IMG/VR virus record: IMGVR_UViG_3300032046_000037
Coordinates: 1-51,656 of that record
Length of the DNA stretch: 51,656 nt
Source of the DNA: a virus
Taxonomy: Duplodnaviria > Caudoviricetes
Strand: one strand, 5' to 3'
Position 1 is the first letter of the stretch, and each line of letters begins with the position of its first letter. The notes beneath the pieces were generated by a model. That model was not told the origin of the DNA. It saw only the letters and a list, made by a program, of their open reading frames with translations, and did not search any database. The position numbers were made by a program, and so were the translations under genes. Positions 9,113-19,720 of the stretch are shown here, one piece after another.

Positions 9113-11101
9113 ATGTCCTACAGACTGATAATCCCGGCTGACGATGACCAGGCAGCATCCGTGGTTAAAGGGTGGATAGAGAAGGGAAAACAGTTGCGTA
9201 ATCCAGTGGCTGTAAGATGGTGGGTGAATTACTGGTATTTGAAGGGCTGTAGGAACTTCACCAATATCAACTATGGCAATGGCACCGTGCAGGTTTCTTA
9301 CTTGGACGAATCGGGGACTTTGAAGTTTCAATACGAAGAAATTGTCTCCAAATACCAGACCCAGCTTGGACGATTGATGGCATTGAATCTTTCTCCCGCT
9401 ATAAAACCGAAGGGTATTAGTTTGGACGGCCTCAGGAAGTCGAGTATAGCCCAGGCATCTCTCGATGCTGCATTTCCAGACGATAAAGTCCTCCAGTTGA
9501 AAATGCGGCTGCTCCCACCTCTCTTGCAATATGGCACTGTTGGTCTAGGAGTATGGGTCGAAGATGAAGATTCGATAGGAATAGAGACCATTCCACCGTG
9601 GGAACTCCTGCCAATACCTGCCGATGTTGCGAGTGTGGGTGAGGCCAGAGGACTTATGAGGACACGATGGGTGCCGGTCGATTGGGTCAAAGGACTCCTA
9701 ATGACTCCGGGTGCCAAGGCAAAGACATACAAAGAGGTGGAGACAATTACCGTTCCATCTGGACAGATTCCTTCACAAGTATCGTCAAAGTTCCAGGGAA
9801 CAATAGCTTCTTTCGGAGTAGGTGAGAATCTTTATATTTCGTCAAGAAAATCATCCAATGTTTCTGCACCAAAGAAGAAAGATGAAACTACGATGGACAT
9901 TGCCGAGTTCACCGAAATATGGACTGAAACATCCGATGGATACCTTGACCAATATCAAATCTTTGTGGGGGGGAAACGACTATATACTGCCGACCATGCC
10001 AATGAAAAGATACACATGCCGGTTCGTATTGTTACAGCCATAGAAGTAGGCGGATTCTGGGGGAGAAGTTATACCGACCTGCTCATACCAATAAATACAG
10101 AGGTCGAATATATGATAGGCAAAGTTTTCCAGAATATCCAGGAGTGGGATTTGTATGGTCTTTTGATGTGGCCGACCTCGCTTGGAGTTAATGTGGAAGC
10201 TACACGAGGTGTGGACGGTATAAAGAGAATAGGATATGAACCTGATTATTCTGTTCCTGATACGAAGCCATTTAATATAGCCCCTGCAAATGCCGGATTG
10301 ATGCCCGCCAGAGCAATGGAGATTGGCCTCAGTCTTATGGACAGGATTGCCAATCAACCTACCGAACTATTGTCGGGTAATGCCCCTGGTCGTGTAGATT
10401 CCTCGGCTGGGATTGGATTACTTTACGAGATGAGTGGTGTCCCTCTATCTCCTACGGCACGGAACATAGCGGCTGCAGTAAGTGGATGTTATAAGGCCAT
10501 TCTTGGTATAATCCGGGGTTTGTGGAAGGATGATAAGATTGTTGACATCAGCCATTTGGATGACTCTTTGGCGGGGATTATGTTTGATTCGGCAACAGGA
10601 GCAATGAGACTTACGGAAAATGCCATTCCTCATCCCGATGAAATCACAATTACGGTAGCCTCGGAAATCCCTAAATCAGATGAACAACAAAAGATGGAAC
10701 TTAATGAGGCCCTAAAAATGCTAGTCATAACACCATTCGAGTATCGCACCGAAGTCCGCAAACGAGGACTCTCTCTTCCTGTCGGAAATGAAGTTGAGTG
10801 GCAAAACTACCGGCGTGCTATGATGGAAAACCTTATTCTGTTTGGAGACGGCAAACAACCCGGACAGGTCGTTGTATCAGAACGGGACTTACATCCAGTC
10901 CACTTGCAAGTCCTCTCCGCTTTTATGGCACGACCAGAATTCTATCTAGCTTCATCGGCAGTCAGGAACGCATTTGGAGACCACTACGATATGCACGAGG
11001 CCGGGATGGGAAAACTACCGGAGGGAATGCCTAATATGGAACAGGCCGCCAGCGAAGCAATGGGAAAGGAAATGTCACCAGAGATGATGGGAGGAATGTA
11101 A
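9113..11101 (+). CDS. Portal protein
   Basis: 662 aa after TerL; LLQYGTVGL, GGFWGRS and LSGNAPGRVDSSAGI motifs resemble P22/podovirus-type portals. Confidence 0.8.
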   Translation: MSYRLIIPADDDQAASVVKGWIEKGKQLRNPVAVRWWVNYWYLKGCRNFTNINYGNGTVQVSYLDESGTLKFQYEEIVSKYQTQLGRLMALNLSPAIKPKGISLDGLRKSSIAQASLDAAFPDDKVLQLKMRLLPPLLQYGTVGLGVWVEDEDSIGIETIPPWELLPIPADVASVGEARGLMRTRWVPVDWVKGLLMTPGAKAKTYKEVETITVPSGQIPSQVSSKFQGTIASFGVGENLYISSRKSSNVSAPKKKDETTMDIAEFTEIWTETSDGYLDQYQIFVGGKRLYTADHANEKIHMPVRIVTAIEVGGFWGRSYTDLLIPINTEVEYMIGKVFQNIQEWDLYGLLMWPTSLGVNVEATRGVDGIKRIGYEPDYSVPDTKPFNIAPANAGLMPARAMEIGLSLMDRIANQPTELLSGNAPGRVDSSAGIGLLYEMSGVPLSPTARNIAAAVSGCYKAILGIIRGLWKDDKIVDISHLDDSLAGIMFDSATGAMRLTENAIPHPDEITITVASEIPKSDEQQKMELNEALKMLVITPFEYRTEVRKRGLSLPVGNEVEWQNYRRAMMENLILFGDGKQPGQVVVSERDLHPVHLQVLSAFMARPEFYLASSAVRNAFGDHYDMHEAGMGKLPEGMPNMEQAASEAMGKEMSPEMMGGM

Positions 11102-11104
11102 CCT

Positions 11105-11446
11105 ATGTTGGAGTTATTGTTAGCACAAGCAGTGTTGGCCGCAAGAGGTAGGTCATTATTGGCTGACACCCTAGATGGAAAGATAGCTGATGCAATATAT
11201 AGGATTGAAGGGGGAAGCAAGGCGAGAGTTCCTTATGGTATTCTCTCTGTGCCGGTGAAAGATGAAGCAGATGCTCGTAGAATATGTCTAAATACTATTC
11301 GCAACAATAGGGAGAGATGGAGAAAGGCCGGGCAGCCCGGAGATTATCTGGATTTCTTGGCAGACAGATATTGTCCCCCATCCGTTGATAAGCAAGGCAA
11401 CCTGAATTGGAAGAAAAACATCAGGAAGATACTGAAGACTGAATAA
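11105..11446 (+). CDS. Putative lysozyme-fold muralytic enzyme
   Basis: AIYRIE catalytic-Glu helix, PYGI, RYCP and NWxxN motifs; hydrophobic N-terminus. Confidence 0.55.
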   Translation: MLELLLAQAVLAARGRSLLADTLDGKIADAIYRIEGGSKARVPYGILSVPVKDEADARRICLNTIRNNRERWRKAGQPGDYLDFLADRYCPPSVDKQGNLNWKKNIRKILKTE

Positions 11447-11512
11447 CCTACTATCCATCAATGTGATGGTCGTAGCACCTATATATCACGTTTGAAAAAT
11501 AAGGAGAATACA

Positions 11513-12445
11513 ATGACAATGGACAAAACACCGGAAGAATTGAAAATAGAGGCAGATGCCAAGGTTGCTACTGATGCAAAAGCCACTGCAGATGCCAAGG
11601 CCAGGGCGGACCTCATCAACATCAAGATAGACGGGGAAGAGAGAGGAGTCAGCCTTGATGAATTGAAGAAAATGGCAGAGAAGTCGGGTGGGGCTGATGA
11701 GCGATTCAGGAAAGCATCAGAGAAGGAAAAGGCAGCCGTAAGGGGTTTGCGAATTGAGACCCTTTTCAAATCACTATCGGAGGTCGAAGAGATTGATGAG
11801 GATAGTGCCAAGGAACTTGCAGGTCTCTTAGGAATTGACCTCACCGAATTCCTGACCACTCTCAAGGAACTGAGTGGGGGGGATGAGGAAGAGGCTCCCG
11901 GCAAGAAAGGCAAGGTAAAGGGTTCTGCAGAGGTCAAAAAGATAGGTTTTGATGACCTTTCGCCGGAACTCCGTCTCGCTGCCGAAGCCGCCCAGAAGGG
12001 GGAATTTGATAAGACGGTTGATTTGGTGAAGAAAAATTGCAAGGAGGCTCTTGACAAGGATGAGATTTTGGGTAAAATGATTATGGAGATGGCAGACACC
12101 GATGATAAGAATAGTGAAAAGGTGTCTGACATCAAGGATACGCTCACTGAAATGGTGTTCGAGGATGTTCAAAGGAGGATTTTGGCACGTGAGCAATATG
12201 GACCTGAACTAATTGAAAGTTCGTTGCAAAGAGCAAGGGCACGATTCAAGAAGTTCGGCAATCCATCTAAGACGTCCAAGGAACTGCCTGTATTGGGGCT
12301 TGGGCCGTCAGGTTCGTTGCCTGCTGAAGTCTATGCCAAAGAACCAGTTAAGCGGATTGCCTCCACCGAAGCTGGTTATGAGGACAATGCTGCTGCCCGT
12401 GTATTGCAATCTATGATTCAATCGGCAAGAAGTAGCGGCAAATAA
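11513..12445 (+). CDS. Capsid scaffolding protein
   Basis: Acidic and helical, KIDGEERGVSLDEL motif, directly upstream of the capsid gene; AAGGAG RBS. Confidence 0.8.
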   Translation: MTMDKTPEELKIEADAKVATDAKATADAKARADLINIKIDGEERGVSLDELKKMAEKSGGADERFRKASEKEKAAVRGLRIETLFKSLSEVEEIDEDSAKELAGLLGIDLTEFLTTLKELSGGDEEEAPGKKGKVKGSAEVKKIGFDDLSPELRLAAEAAQKGEFDKTVDLVKKNCKEALDKDEILGKMIMEMADTDDKNSEKVSDIKDTLTEMVFEDVQRRILAREQYGPELIESSLQRARARFKKFGNPSKTSKELPVLGLGPSGSLPAEVYAKEPVKRIASTEAGYEDNAAARVLQSMIQSARSSGK

Positions 12446-12549
12446 CGGCATAGGTGGTGGGACCGGCTGGGCTGGTAGTCCTTGACAATGACCATTTTTG
12501 CAGTGTGATAGACGAAAAATTGTAAGGTTATTGTTAAGGAGTATTTGAG

Positions 12550-14112
12550 ATGACAGTTACAAATACTTTGACTGCATTGGACAACTTCATTCGTGAAGAG
12601 TTGCCAAGGGTCATAAATGAGTCACTGCCTCAAATAGCCCCTATTTTCTCCGATATAGAATCCAGTTCTATAGATGTAGTTCGTAATGAAGGCATAGGTC
12701 GTGGATGGAAGGTCATCCACTTGTTCTCAACTGGTGTAGCCGGACTGATTGAATATGCGAATCCTGCCGGGCCTGCAATGCTCGGAGGCTCATCTTCGGA
12801 TAATCTTTCTGTCCTCAATCCAGTTGGAACCGACTTTGCTCCATTCCCCACTGCGTCCGAATCGCCGCATACCGGCAATATCAAAAGGGAACTGACCCTC
12901 CACAAAATGGTAGGCAATTTCAGTATCCCCATTGAGTGGATGCAATTGGATGCCTTGTCAGCCACGCAGATTAAGCAAGTGGCGAGAGATATTAAGGCTG
13001 TTGGAGAACTGAGGGCCATTACTGAGGCCGCAAGTTTATTTGGATATGCCGTTGCTAATGCCGGCGGCTATATGGTCGATGTGCTGGGTCGTATCTCGGC
13101 GATTGCCGAAAAAGGAAGCACCGACTATATCAATATAACACTGAATGAGACCTATGGACGTATCCACAACTTCCGTCCCGGAATGAGGATTGATGTTGTG
13201 GCGGATAGTTCCGGTGTCATTCAGACAGGAACAGACCCAGATGGAACCGATGTTCGCAACTATACACATACTACTAATGTATATGTATGGTTAATTGTTG
13301 ATAGCGTTGATTATCTGAACAAGATAATTACACTTCGACCCATCCATTCGGTTCTTGGCACTACACCTAATTATGGTTCAGGTTCATCGGGTGATGTGTT
13401 TGCCGTAGCGGCTGCTGCCAACGACTGGTTGGTTGTATCAAGATGCAGCAGATATACTGCCGGGACACGGCCTCTGCACAGTTGGGGATTTGAGGATTGG
13501 CTTAAAGGGTCTGGACTTATTATGGGTGGGGCCGCCCTCGCCGGGGGTCTTGACCTTGATACTTTCCCACAATTCAAATCACAAGTTGTTGCAGTCAACG
13601 GGCCGCTTACCGATACAGTAATGAATACCTACTTGGGCGGGTATCTCGACTCCTATCCGGGAGTATCGCTTGATACTATAATAACGACCACTGGTGTTAC
13701 CCAGAAGTATATCGAGCAGGCTTCCCTCTACAACAACAGGATGATTTACGACAGGACAGGAAAAGCCTTGAGCATAGCTGGTGGATGGCAGACTGTCGGA
13801 TATAGTTTCAATGGCCGTGAACTCAAGTGGATAGTCAATCCTATGGGGCTGAAGAATCGCCTCTATGCACTCAAACTCGCCGGTGGAAATATAAAAAGAT
13901 ATGTTCCCCCCAAGATTGGTGGAGCAGATGCTCGTATCGGCAATGAGATTGAGTTCGTTGGGCCTCTGACCGGGCATAGTGGAATCTTCTTGGAGAGCCG
14001 TGCCAGCACAGGTGCTGTGCAGGACATCATCGAGGCTCCATTCTGGCAATACAAGCTGATTGCTCCCATTGACGTAAGAGGGTGTAAATTTACCGATGTG
14101 ACGGAAGCATAA
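12550..14112 (+). CDS. Major capsid protein
   Basis: 520 aa after scaffold, AAGGAG RBS; position-based, HK97-like fold inferred. Confidence 0.75.
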   Translation: MTVTNTLTALDNFIREELPRVINESLPQIAPIFSDIESSSIDVVRNEGIGRGWKVIHLFSTGVAGLIEYANPAGPAMLGGSSSDNLSVLNPVGTDFAPFPTASESPHTGNIKRELTLHKMVGNFSIPIEWMQLDALSATQIKQVARDIKAVGELRAITEAASLFGYAVANAGGYMVDVLGRISAIAEKGSTDYINITLNETYGRIHNFRPGMRIDVVADSSGVIQTGTDPDGTDVRNYTHTTNVYVWLIVDSVDYLNKIITLRPIHSVLGTTPNYGSGSSGDVFAVAAAANDWLVVSRCSRYTAGTRPLHSWGFEDWLKGSGLIMGGAALAGGLDLDTFPQFKSQVVAVNGPLTDTVMNTYLGGYLDSYPGVSLDTIITTTGVTQKYIEQASLYNNRMIYDRTGKALSIAGGWQTVGYSFNGRELKWIVNPMGLKNRLYALKLAGGNIKRYVPPKIGGADARIGNEIEFVGPLTGHSGIFLESRASTGAVQDIIEAPFWQYKLIAPIDVRGCKFTDVTEA

Positions 14113-14219
14113 AGTAAAGAAATTTCAGGGGTGGTGGTTTCATCCTTCTCTTCCTTTCTCCGGTTGGGTTGTTGACTGGAACCACCCCTGAATCTATTAA
14201 CCGGACTTGGAGAACAAAA

Positions 14220-15191
14220 ATGGCAAAAAATATACGGGATATGGTGCGAATGTATGGCCAAGAATATCTCGCAGTCTGTGGACTTGCCAAGTATTTCCCA
14301 ACTATGAATGCCGAAAGTTCGGTGTTCTTTGTCAATGGGAGTTCTGGTAACGACAGTGCTGCAAACTTCGGCCAGACACCCGATACTCCCCTCTTAACCA
14401 TAACCAAAGCCCTAAGCCTCTGTAGAACCGGCAAGAATGACTACATCTTCATCCTTGATTATTATCAGGCGACCGGCGAAACGTGGCCCATTGCGATTGC
14501 TAAAAGTCAAGTGCATATTATCGGTATTACTGGTAATGCCATCTCCTGGCCGTGGGTTCAACCCCCTGGGGATACGGCTGCATTTACTTTCGGCAGTGAC
14601 AGTGCTTATAGCGAAACTGCTGGTCTTGAAATAGGTGCAGGGGCTTCCCATGGTTGTATAGAATTTATTACTGGTGGTCTCTGGGGTGTGCACATCCACG
14701 ACTGTGGATTTGGCACACATAATGGAATGACTGCAATGTGTGGCATTCGTGCCACCGGTGGTTCTACTCCAACTATAGGAGAGATAATCAACGGATTGAT
14801 TGAGAACAATAGATTTGGTGCACAACTTACCCTTAGTGGTATTGAAGTGCCTGCCACTTTTGTTGGGCCAAACAGTGTTGAAGGGACAATTATCCGAAAC
14901 AATACATTTAAGGTTGCTACGGGTAACTTTGGTATCAATGTTCTTCACACTACGGCCAATTTCGCTGATGGCGGCATCTTCGACAATGTATTTATAGTTG
15001 TTGATGAAGCAGGTGCAGCCATTACATTCGCTGCCGGTGCACTGGGTATGGTTGATGGAAACAAGGCCGTTGGACTTGTAAGTAATGCTTTGACAGCTAA
15101 AGTTTTTCTCACCGGCGAAGCGGGGTTTGGTTGGGGTCGGAATTACGTGAATGTAACAGCAGTAGCCAATGAAGCCGCGTATCAGGCATAA
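14220..15191 (+). CDS. Pectin lyase-like beta-helix protein (virion-associated)
   Basis: FFVNGSSGND...PLLTITKAL start and IENNRF/IRNNTF repeats. Confidence 0.75.
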   Translation: MAKNIRDMVRMYGQEYLAVCGLAKYFPTMNAESSVFFVNGSSGNDSAANFGQTPDTPLLTITKALSLCRTGKNDYIFILDYYQATGETWPIAIAKSQVHIIGITGNAISWPWVQPPGDTAAFTFGSDSAYSETAGLEIGAGASHGCIEFITGGLWGVHIHDCGFGTHNGMTAMCGIRATGGSTPTIGEIINGLIENNRFGAQLTLSGIEVPATFVGPNSVEGTIIRNNTFKVATGNFGINVLHTTANFADGGIFDNVFIVVDEAGAAITFAAGALGMVDGNKAVGLVSNALTAKVFLTGEAGFGWGRNYVNVTAVANEAAYQA

Positions 15192-15264
15192 GGGTGGAAT
15201 GGGTCTCTTGGCCGTACCGGCGTAATTAGTAACAGTTAGAATTTTCGATTGGACTGGGCCTGCC

Positions 15265-15296
15265 ACAAGTAAGGGAGGCTCAGTCCTCCTACTTGT
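15265..15296 (+). terminator. Intergenic stem-loop (terminator or stabiliser)
   Basis: ACAAGTA..GGAGG / CCTCC..TACTTGT; no clear U tract. Confidence 0.4.
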
Positions 15297-15315
15297 AACT
15301 ATAGAAAGGGAAAAA

Positions 15316-15831
15316 ATGCTGACCCATACAATCAAAGAAAACTGGTTCACAGTGAGAAATGCCATAGCAACCATCGACTGGCCAACTGCCACCAATGTAT
15401 ATAATCCAGTGGCGACAGTGACTCACCGACTGGTCTCACGAATGCTCAATACACTTGAAGTAGCCATAGACCCGGTTAATATACATCTTAAGTTGAGCCT
15501 CAACAAACTGGTGCTACGTGCTCATCTTAGTGATGCTGAGGCAACGGCAACTATGCACATTTTTGGTTCTTGCAGAGGTGAGTTGACGGCGAAATATCTG
15601 GGTCAAGTAGTGTGGACGGCAGGAACCCAAACCAATGAAAATGACAGATATTTTGCAAAAACTGCGGTGGTTACTAGTTATGCTTTTATGGGGATTGCCC
15701 AGAATGCAACGGATGAATCCGGCACAGGCATTGCAGAAGTGGCCTTTGATACAACCATTTATGATAGAATCTGGATAGGTTTTACCACAATTTCGGCGGG
15801 TAATATAACCATAGAAGGAAACGGATACTGA
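15316..15831 (+). CDS. Hypothetical beta-rich virion protein
   Basis: 171-aa ORF with RBS in structural module. Confidence 0.7.
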   Translation: MLTHTIKENWFTVRNAIATIDWPTATNVYNPVATVTHRLVSRMLNTLEVAIDPVNIHLKLSLNKLVLRAHLSDAEATATMHIFGSCRGELTAKYLGQVVWTAGTQTNENDRYFAKTAVVTSYAFMGIAQNATDESGTGIAEVAFDTTIYDRIWIGFTTISAGNITIEGNGY

Positions 15832-15851
15832 TTGGCTGAAAGAGAACTAAA

Positions 15852-17471
15852 ATGAGGCAACTATTCTTATCTGTATTACTTTTGGTTTTGTTGAGTAGTC
15901 CTCTCTGGGCTGCTACTACTTATTATTGCGACCCTAATGGCCGCAACGATGCCAATGGGTTAGACCCGGCACACGCTTGGGGAACGTTGCAATCTGTTAA
16001 TATAGCTGGCAAATTTAATGGTGTGATAATCAAAAGCGGGGATACCGTCAAATTAAGGACTGGATTTCACGGCCGGTTTGTAATAAGTTCTAAAGATAAC
16101 ACAGATTACATCACTATCGAAGCAGATGACGGCGCTGTTGCTGATGTGAATTATGTGCAAATCAAGTATAGTGATTACTGGTGTATAAAGGGTTTGCGGA
16201 TAAGTCCTGAGTTTGACGGGCCTATTACCGAACCGTTAACCGACTACTTCGTGATGGTTCGTATTGTCAGTGGCAATCATTATATCACAGTCGAGGACTG
16301 CAACATTTTCACTGTCGCAGATACTTCCTTGTGGGAACCAAACGACTGGGATGACCTTAGTTGTCAGGGAATAGATGCCGGCAATGGTATAGGCACAGGC
16401 GGAATCATTCGTAATAATTTTATACATAATGTGGGTCGTGGGATGTGCACGAATGGTTGTAATGGTGCTCTTATAGAAAACAATACTATTGATGGTTTTT
16501 CTGGGGATGGCATTGTTACTAATAATTCTGGTGGAACTATTCAGAGAGTTCAGGACAACCGTATTATAAATGTTTATACTGATAATAATAAGGACACGCA
16601 TTCAGATGCAATTCACGTAAGCGGGAACAACATAATCGTTCGGCGTAATTATATTTGTGCAAGGACAGACCCTAATCGCACGTCAGATGGAGGGTTACAA
16701 GGGATTTATCAAAATGGTGCTAGTCCACTAACTAATAGCACAATCGAAAACAATGTCGTTATGGCCAAAAATGAGAGATGGGGCATTTCTTTTGGTGCTG
16801 ATTCAAATAATGTAAAGATTCTTAATAATACAGTTCTAAGACCTTATAATACTGGGGAGTGGCCGGATATAAATGCTGGTTCATCTTCTCAACATAACAT
16901 TATAATCAGGAACAACATTGCCGACAATTTCCCGGCAAATGACCCATCCAGGAACCTCGTGGTTGACCACAATTTCGATATAAGCAACTATAACCCCCTT
17001 GTTGAGTTTGTTGACTATGTCCACGGTAATGTGCACTTGGCCGCCGACAGCAATTTTATAGATAAAGGGCTTGCTGTTGACGTGAACGCTCCGACTGATG
17101 ACCTTGACGGCCTATCGAGACCGCAGGGGACATATTTTGATATTGGTGCCTATGAATATATTCCCATTGTCGGAAGTAATGACCCTGAACTTGATACCAT
17201 TGGCAACAAGTCTGTCAATGAAAATTCTACACTCACCTTCGATGTAAATGCTTGCGATGTCGATGGAGACACTATTGTTTATTCCTGCAATTATCTTCCC
17301 TCTGGGGCGACTTTTTCCGTAAAGACTTTCGCCTGGATGCCGACCCATCGTCAGTCCGACTCTTATCAGGTCCGATTTTATGTTTCGGATGGCAAGGGTG
17401 GAGTCGATAGCGAGTTAATCACAATAACTGTTAATAATGTTCCACGATACGGTATTTTCAGGAGACAATAA
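15852..17471 (+). CDS. Secreted right-handed beta-helix protein with C-terminal Ig/cadherin-like domain
   Basis: Signal peptide; YYCDPNGRND; many IxNN repeats; DLDG..RPQG..DIGAYE; NDPELDTIG...FYVSDG Ig-like domain. Confidence 0.85.
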   Translation: MRQLFLSVLLLVLLSSPLWAATTYYCDPNGRNDANGLDPAHAWGTLQSVNIAGKFNGVIIKSGDTVKLRTGFHGRFVISSKDNTDYITIEADDGAVADVNYVQIKYSDYWCIKGLRISPEFDGPITEPLTDYFVMVRIVSGNHYITVEDCNIFTVADTSLWEPNDWDDLSCQGIDAGNGIGTGGIIRNNFIHNVGRGMCTNGCNGALIENNTIDGFSGDGIVTNNSGGTIQRVQDNRIINVYTDNNKDTHSDAIHVSGNNIIVRRNYICARTDPNRTSDGGLQGIYQNGASPLTNSTIENNVVMAKNERWGISFGADSNNVKILNNTVLRPYNTGEWPDINAGSSSQHNIIIRNNIADNFPANDPSRNLVVDHNFDISNYNPLVEFVDYVHGNVHLAADSNFIDKGLAVDVNAPTDDLDGLSRPQGTYFDIGAYEYIPIVGSNDPELDTIGNKSVNENSTLTFDVNACDVDGDTIVYSCNYLPSGATFSVKTFAWMPTHRQSDSYQVRFYVSDGKGGVDSELITITVNNVPRYGIFRRQ

Positions 17472-17508
17472 CGAAAAAGTTGATAGTCTTTATGAAAGGA
17501 GCCCTAAA

Positions 17509-18174
17509 ATGTTAAGAAAACTAATTGCTGCAACGATGTTAGTATTTATGACGCTTTGTCTTGTTCTGCCCCTGACGCCAGTGGGAGCAGTTTTGACAAA
17601 GACGACCACGATTGACCAGATTGATGCCTGGCAAGCTGTTACTGCCGGAACTTTGGTAGTAGGAACGTCCAAAAGCGTTTCTGATAGTTATAGTGCAGTT
17701 CTGTATATTGAGACTGCTTACATAGAAGCTGATGCCACTGATGGCGTTGAAATTATGATTGAAGTTTCTTATGGTGACGATGACTGGATGTTACTTACTA
17801 TGGTTAAAGGAACAGCAGAGACTACGGTAACTACTACAACGGTTGGTGCCGTAACTGATGCCAATTCAGTAATTGACCTTACAGATTCCGCAACAGGGGC
17901 TTTTGATGTTGTAGGCAGAAAATGGTTTATTAAAGATGGAACGATAGGAAATTCCGAATCCGTGCGAACCAAAGCCAATGCTGCCAATGCAGTAACTTTG
18001 TGCAGTGGTATTATGCGTTCCCACGCTTCCGGGGTAAGTGTATATGACCGAGTAGATGAGTGGGTAATTCAAATACCGGTTGGTGTCGCATACGTAAGGA
18101 CTTTATGTAATAATGTAGATGCCACTTGCGACTGTGCTTTTACCAGTCGCATATCAAAGGTAACAGGACTATGA
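17509..18174 (+). CDS. Hypothetical protein with signal peptide
   Basis: AAGGAG RBS; MLRKLIAATMLVFMTLCLVLPLTPVGA. Confidence 0.75.
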   Translation: MLRKLIAATMLVFMTLCLVLPLTPVGAVLTKTTTIDQIDAWQAVTAGTLVVGTSKSVSDSYSAVLYIETAYIEADATDGVEIMIEVSYGDDDWMLLTMVKGTAETTVTTTTVGAVTDANSVIDLTDSATGAFDVVGRKWFIKDGTIGNSESVRTKANAANAVTLCSGIMRSHASGVSVYDRVDEWVIQIPVGVAYVRTLCNNVDATCDCAFTSRISKVTGL

Positions 18175-19031
18175 GGCGGATACTACTGATTTTTATTTTA
18201 CTGATTTGCTCGACTACAGTTAGTTTGTCCCAACAAATAAAACCAATGCTGGGGGAGCGACTTAACTGGTCTCATCCTCTCGCCAGAGGTCTTGTCAGCT
18301 GCTGGCTGATGAATGAGGGCCGTGGGAACAAAGTTTATGATTTGAGCGGCAATAGCATCACTTTAGCATTGACTAATATAGGATGGACACCAGGCAAAAC
18401 AGGGTTTTCTATACTCATTAACAGCACTTCTGATACTGTCATAGCAAATCAACCAGTTGCTTCGCAAACGGAAGGCACAATAGTTTTTATAATCAAAAAA
18501 ATTAGTAGTTATGGGTCGGATACGGCACTTTGTCAGGTTGATACTACTGCTTTGGATAGTTCACACGTTTTAAGTTTGCGATGTGTAGGTGGGGGCTCCA
18601 TTAGATTTTACCCTAACCTAACCCAAGATAGTGATAAGTATTGGTCTTTTGGCAACCACAGCACGACACTACCTGCTTATGAGACAGTATCACTGGTAGT
18701 TGTATGGAAACAGAACAGGTTGCTTCAAGGTTATCGGAATGGAATGCTTTATGGCGTGCAAACGGGCACTACAGCTTGGACTGCATCAAGTTGGTCTGCT
18801 AATGAGATATTTAGTATGAACAAGCCATCAGGTACGGTAAATGCCTGTATTGAGTTAGCATATATTTTCAATCGTGCCTTGTCTGCCTCTGAAATCGCCT
18901 GGCTTTACAAACAGCCATTTGCGATGTTCGACACATATCCTGTCTGGTGGTTTTACATTTTTGGTGAAGGTGCGGGGGGACAGATGATTTTTGGCGGGCA
19001 AAGAATTTTAGATGGTGGTGTAGTTAGATAG
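18171..19031 (+). CDS. LamG/concanavalin A-like domain protein with signal peptide
   Basis: HPLARGLVSCWLMNEG..VYDLSGN and IFNRALSASEI motifs. Confidence 0.85.
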   Translation: MRRILLIFILLICSTTVSLSQQIKPMLGERLNWSHPLARGLVSCWLMNEGRGNKVYDLSGNSITLALTNIGWTPGKTGFSILINSTSDTVIANQPVASQTEGTIVFIIKKISSYGSDTALCQVDTTALDSSHVLSLRCVGGGSIRFYPNLTQDSDKYWSFGNHSTTLPAYETVSLVVVWKQNRLLQGYRNGMLYGVQTGTTAWTASSWSANEIFSMNKPSGTVNACIELAYIFNRALSASEIAWLYKQPFAMFDTYPVWWFYIFGEGAGGQMIFGGQRILDGGVVR

Positions 19032-19041
19032 GAGTATTAAA

Positions 19042-19716
19042 ATGAAAAAGGCAATTTTGGTTTTAATGTTATGTCTGTCAAGTCTGTGTTTTGCGGATTA
19101 TCTTGGCTCGTGGAAGATAGGTGATTATGTTACTATTACAGCCACGACCCATCAATTCAGCACGGGCAATGCTTATGCTGCAACCGGCAACGTCACATAT
19201 TCCATTTACGAGGATAGTAACGCTACGCAGTTAATAGATGCCAATGCAATGCCAACTTTTGACAGCATAACCGGACTCTATCTTGGCAGACAGCAGTTGA
19301 CCACCGCCTTAGGATTTGAGAGGAGCAAACACTATACCGTTTTGGTGAAGGCGACTGTCGATAGCGTTTCTGCAATCACAACCCACACTTTTCAGATAAA
19401 CGCAGCGGTAGATGTTAATACTGTTGGGGAAGAAGTACCTATTACTGATGACAGATTCGATGACCTTGACTCCGCCCTTGCCGCCGCACAAGGAGATATT
19501 ACCGCTTTACAGGGAGACATTGTTACGATTTTGGGTTGGAGTGATGGTTCGGGATTTACGGATATACCCTGGAATGCAGCGTGGACGACTGAAGTTACCG
19601 CCGCTGTGCCTGATGCCAATAGTATCTTGGATAACGTGATGGCCGGACATAAAACCACTGGAACTTTCGGTGGAACATTATGGGCAATTTGGCAGAAAGT
19701 TATATTGTTGAGGTGA
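19042..19716 (+). CDS. Hypothetical protein with signal peptide and short coiled coil
   Basis: AGGAG RBS; MKKAILVLMLCLSSLCFA. Confidence 0.75.
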   Translation: MKKAILVLMLCLSSLCFADYLGSWKIGDYVTITATTHQFSTGNAYAATGNVTYSIYEDSNATQLIDANAMPTFDSITGLYLGRQQLTTALGFERSKHYTVLVKATVDSVSAITTHTFQINAAVDVNTVGEEVPITDDRFDDLDSALAAAQGDITALQGDIVTILGWSDGSGFTDIPWNAAWTTEVTAAVPDANSILDNVMAGHKTTGTFGGTLWAIWQKVILLR

Positions 19717-19720
19717 GAAG

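Noticed and set aside
12482-12510. Promoter upstream of capsid gene
   Set aside because: TTGACA present but the -10 match is poor
14412-15395. 327-aa minus-strand ORF
   Set aside because: Antisense shadow of a convincing + strand beta-helix gene; no motifs
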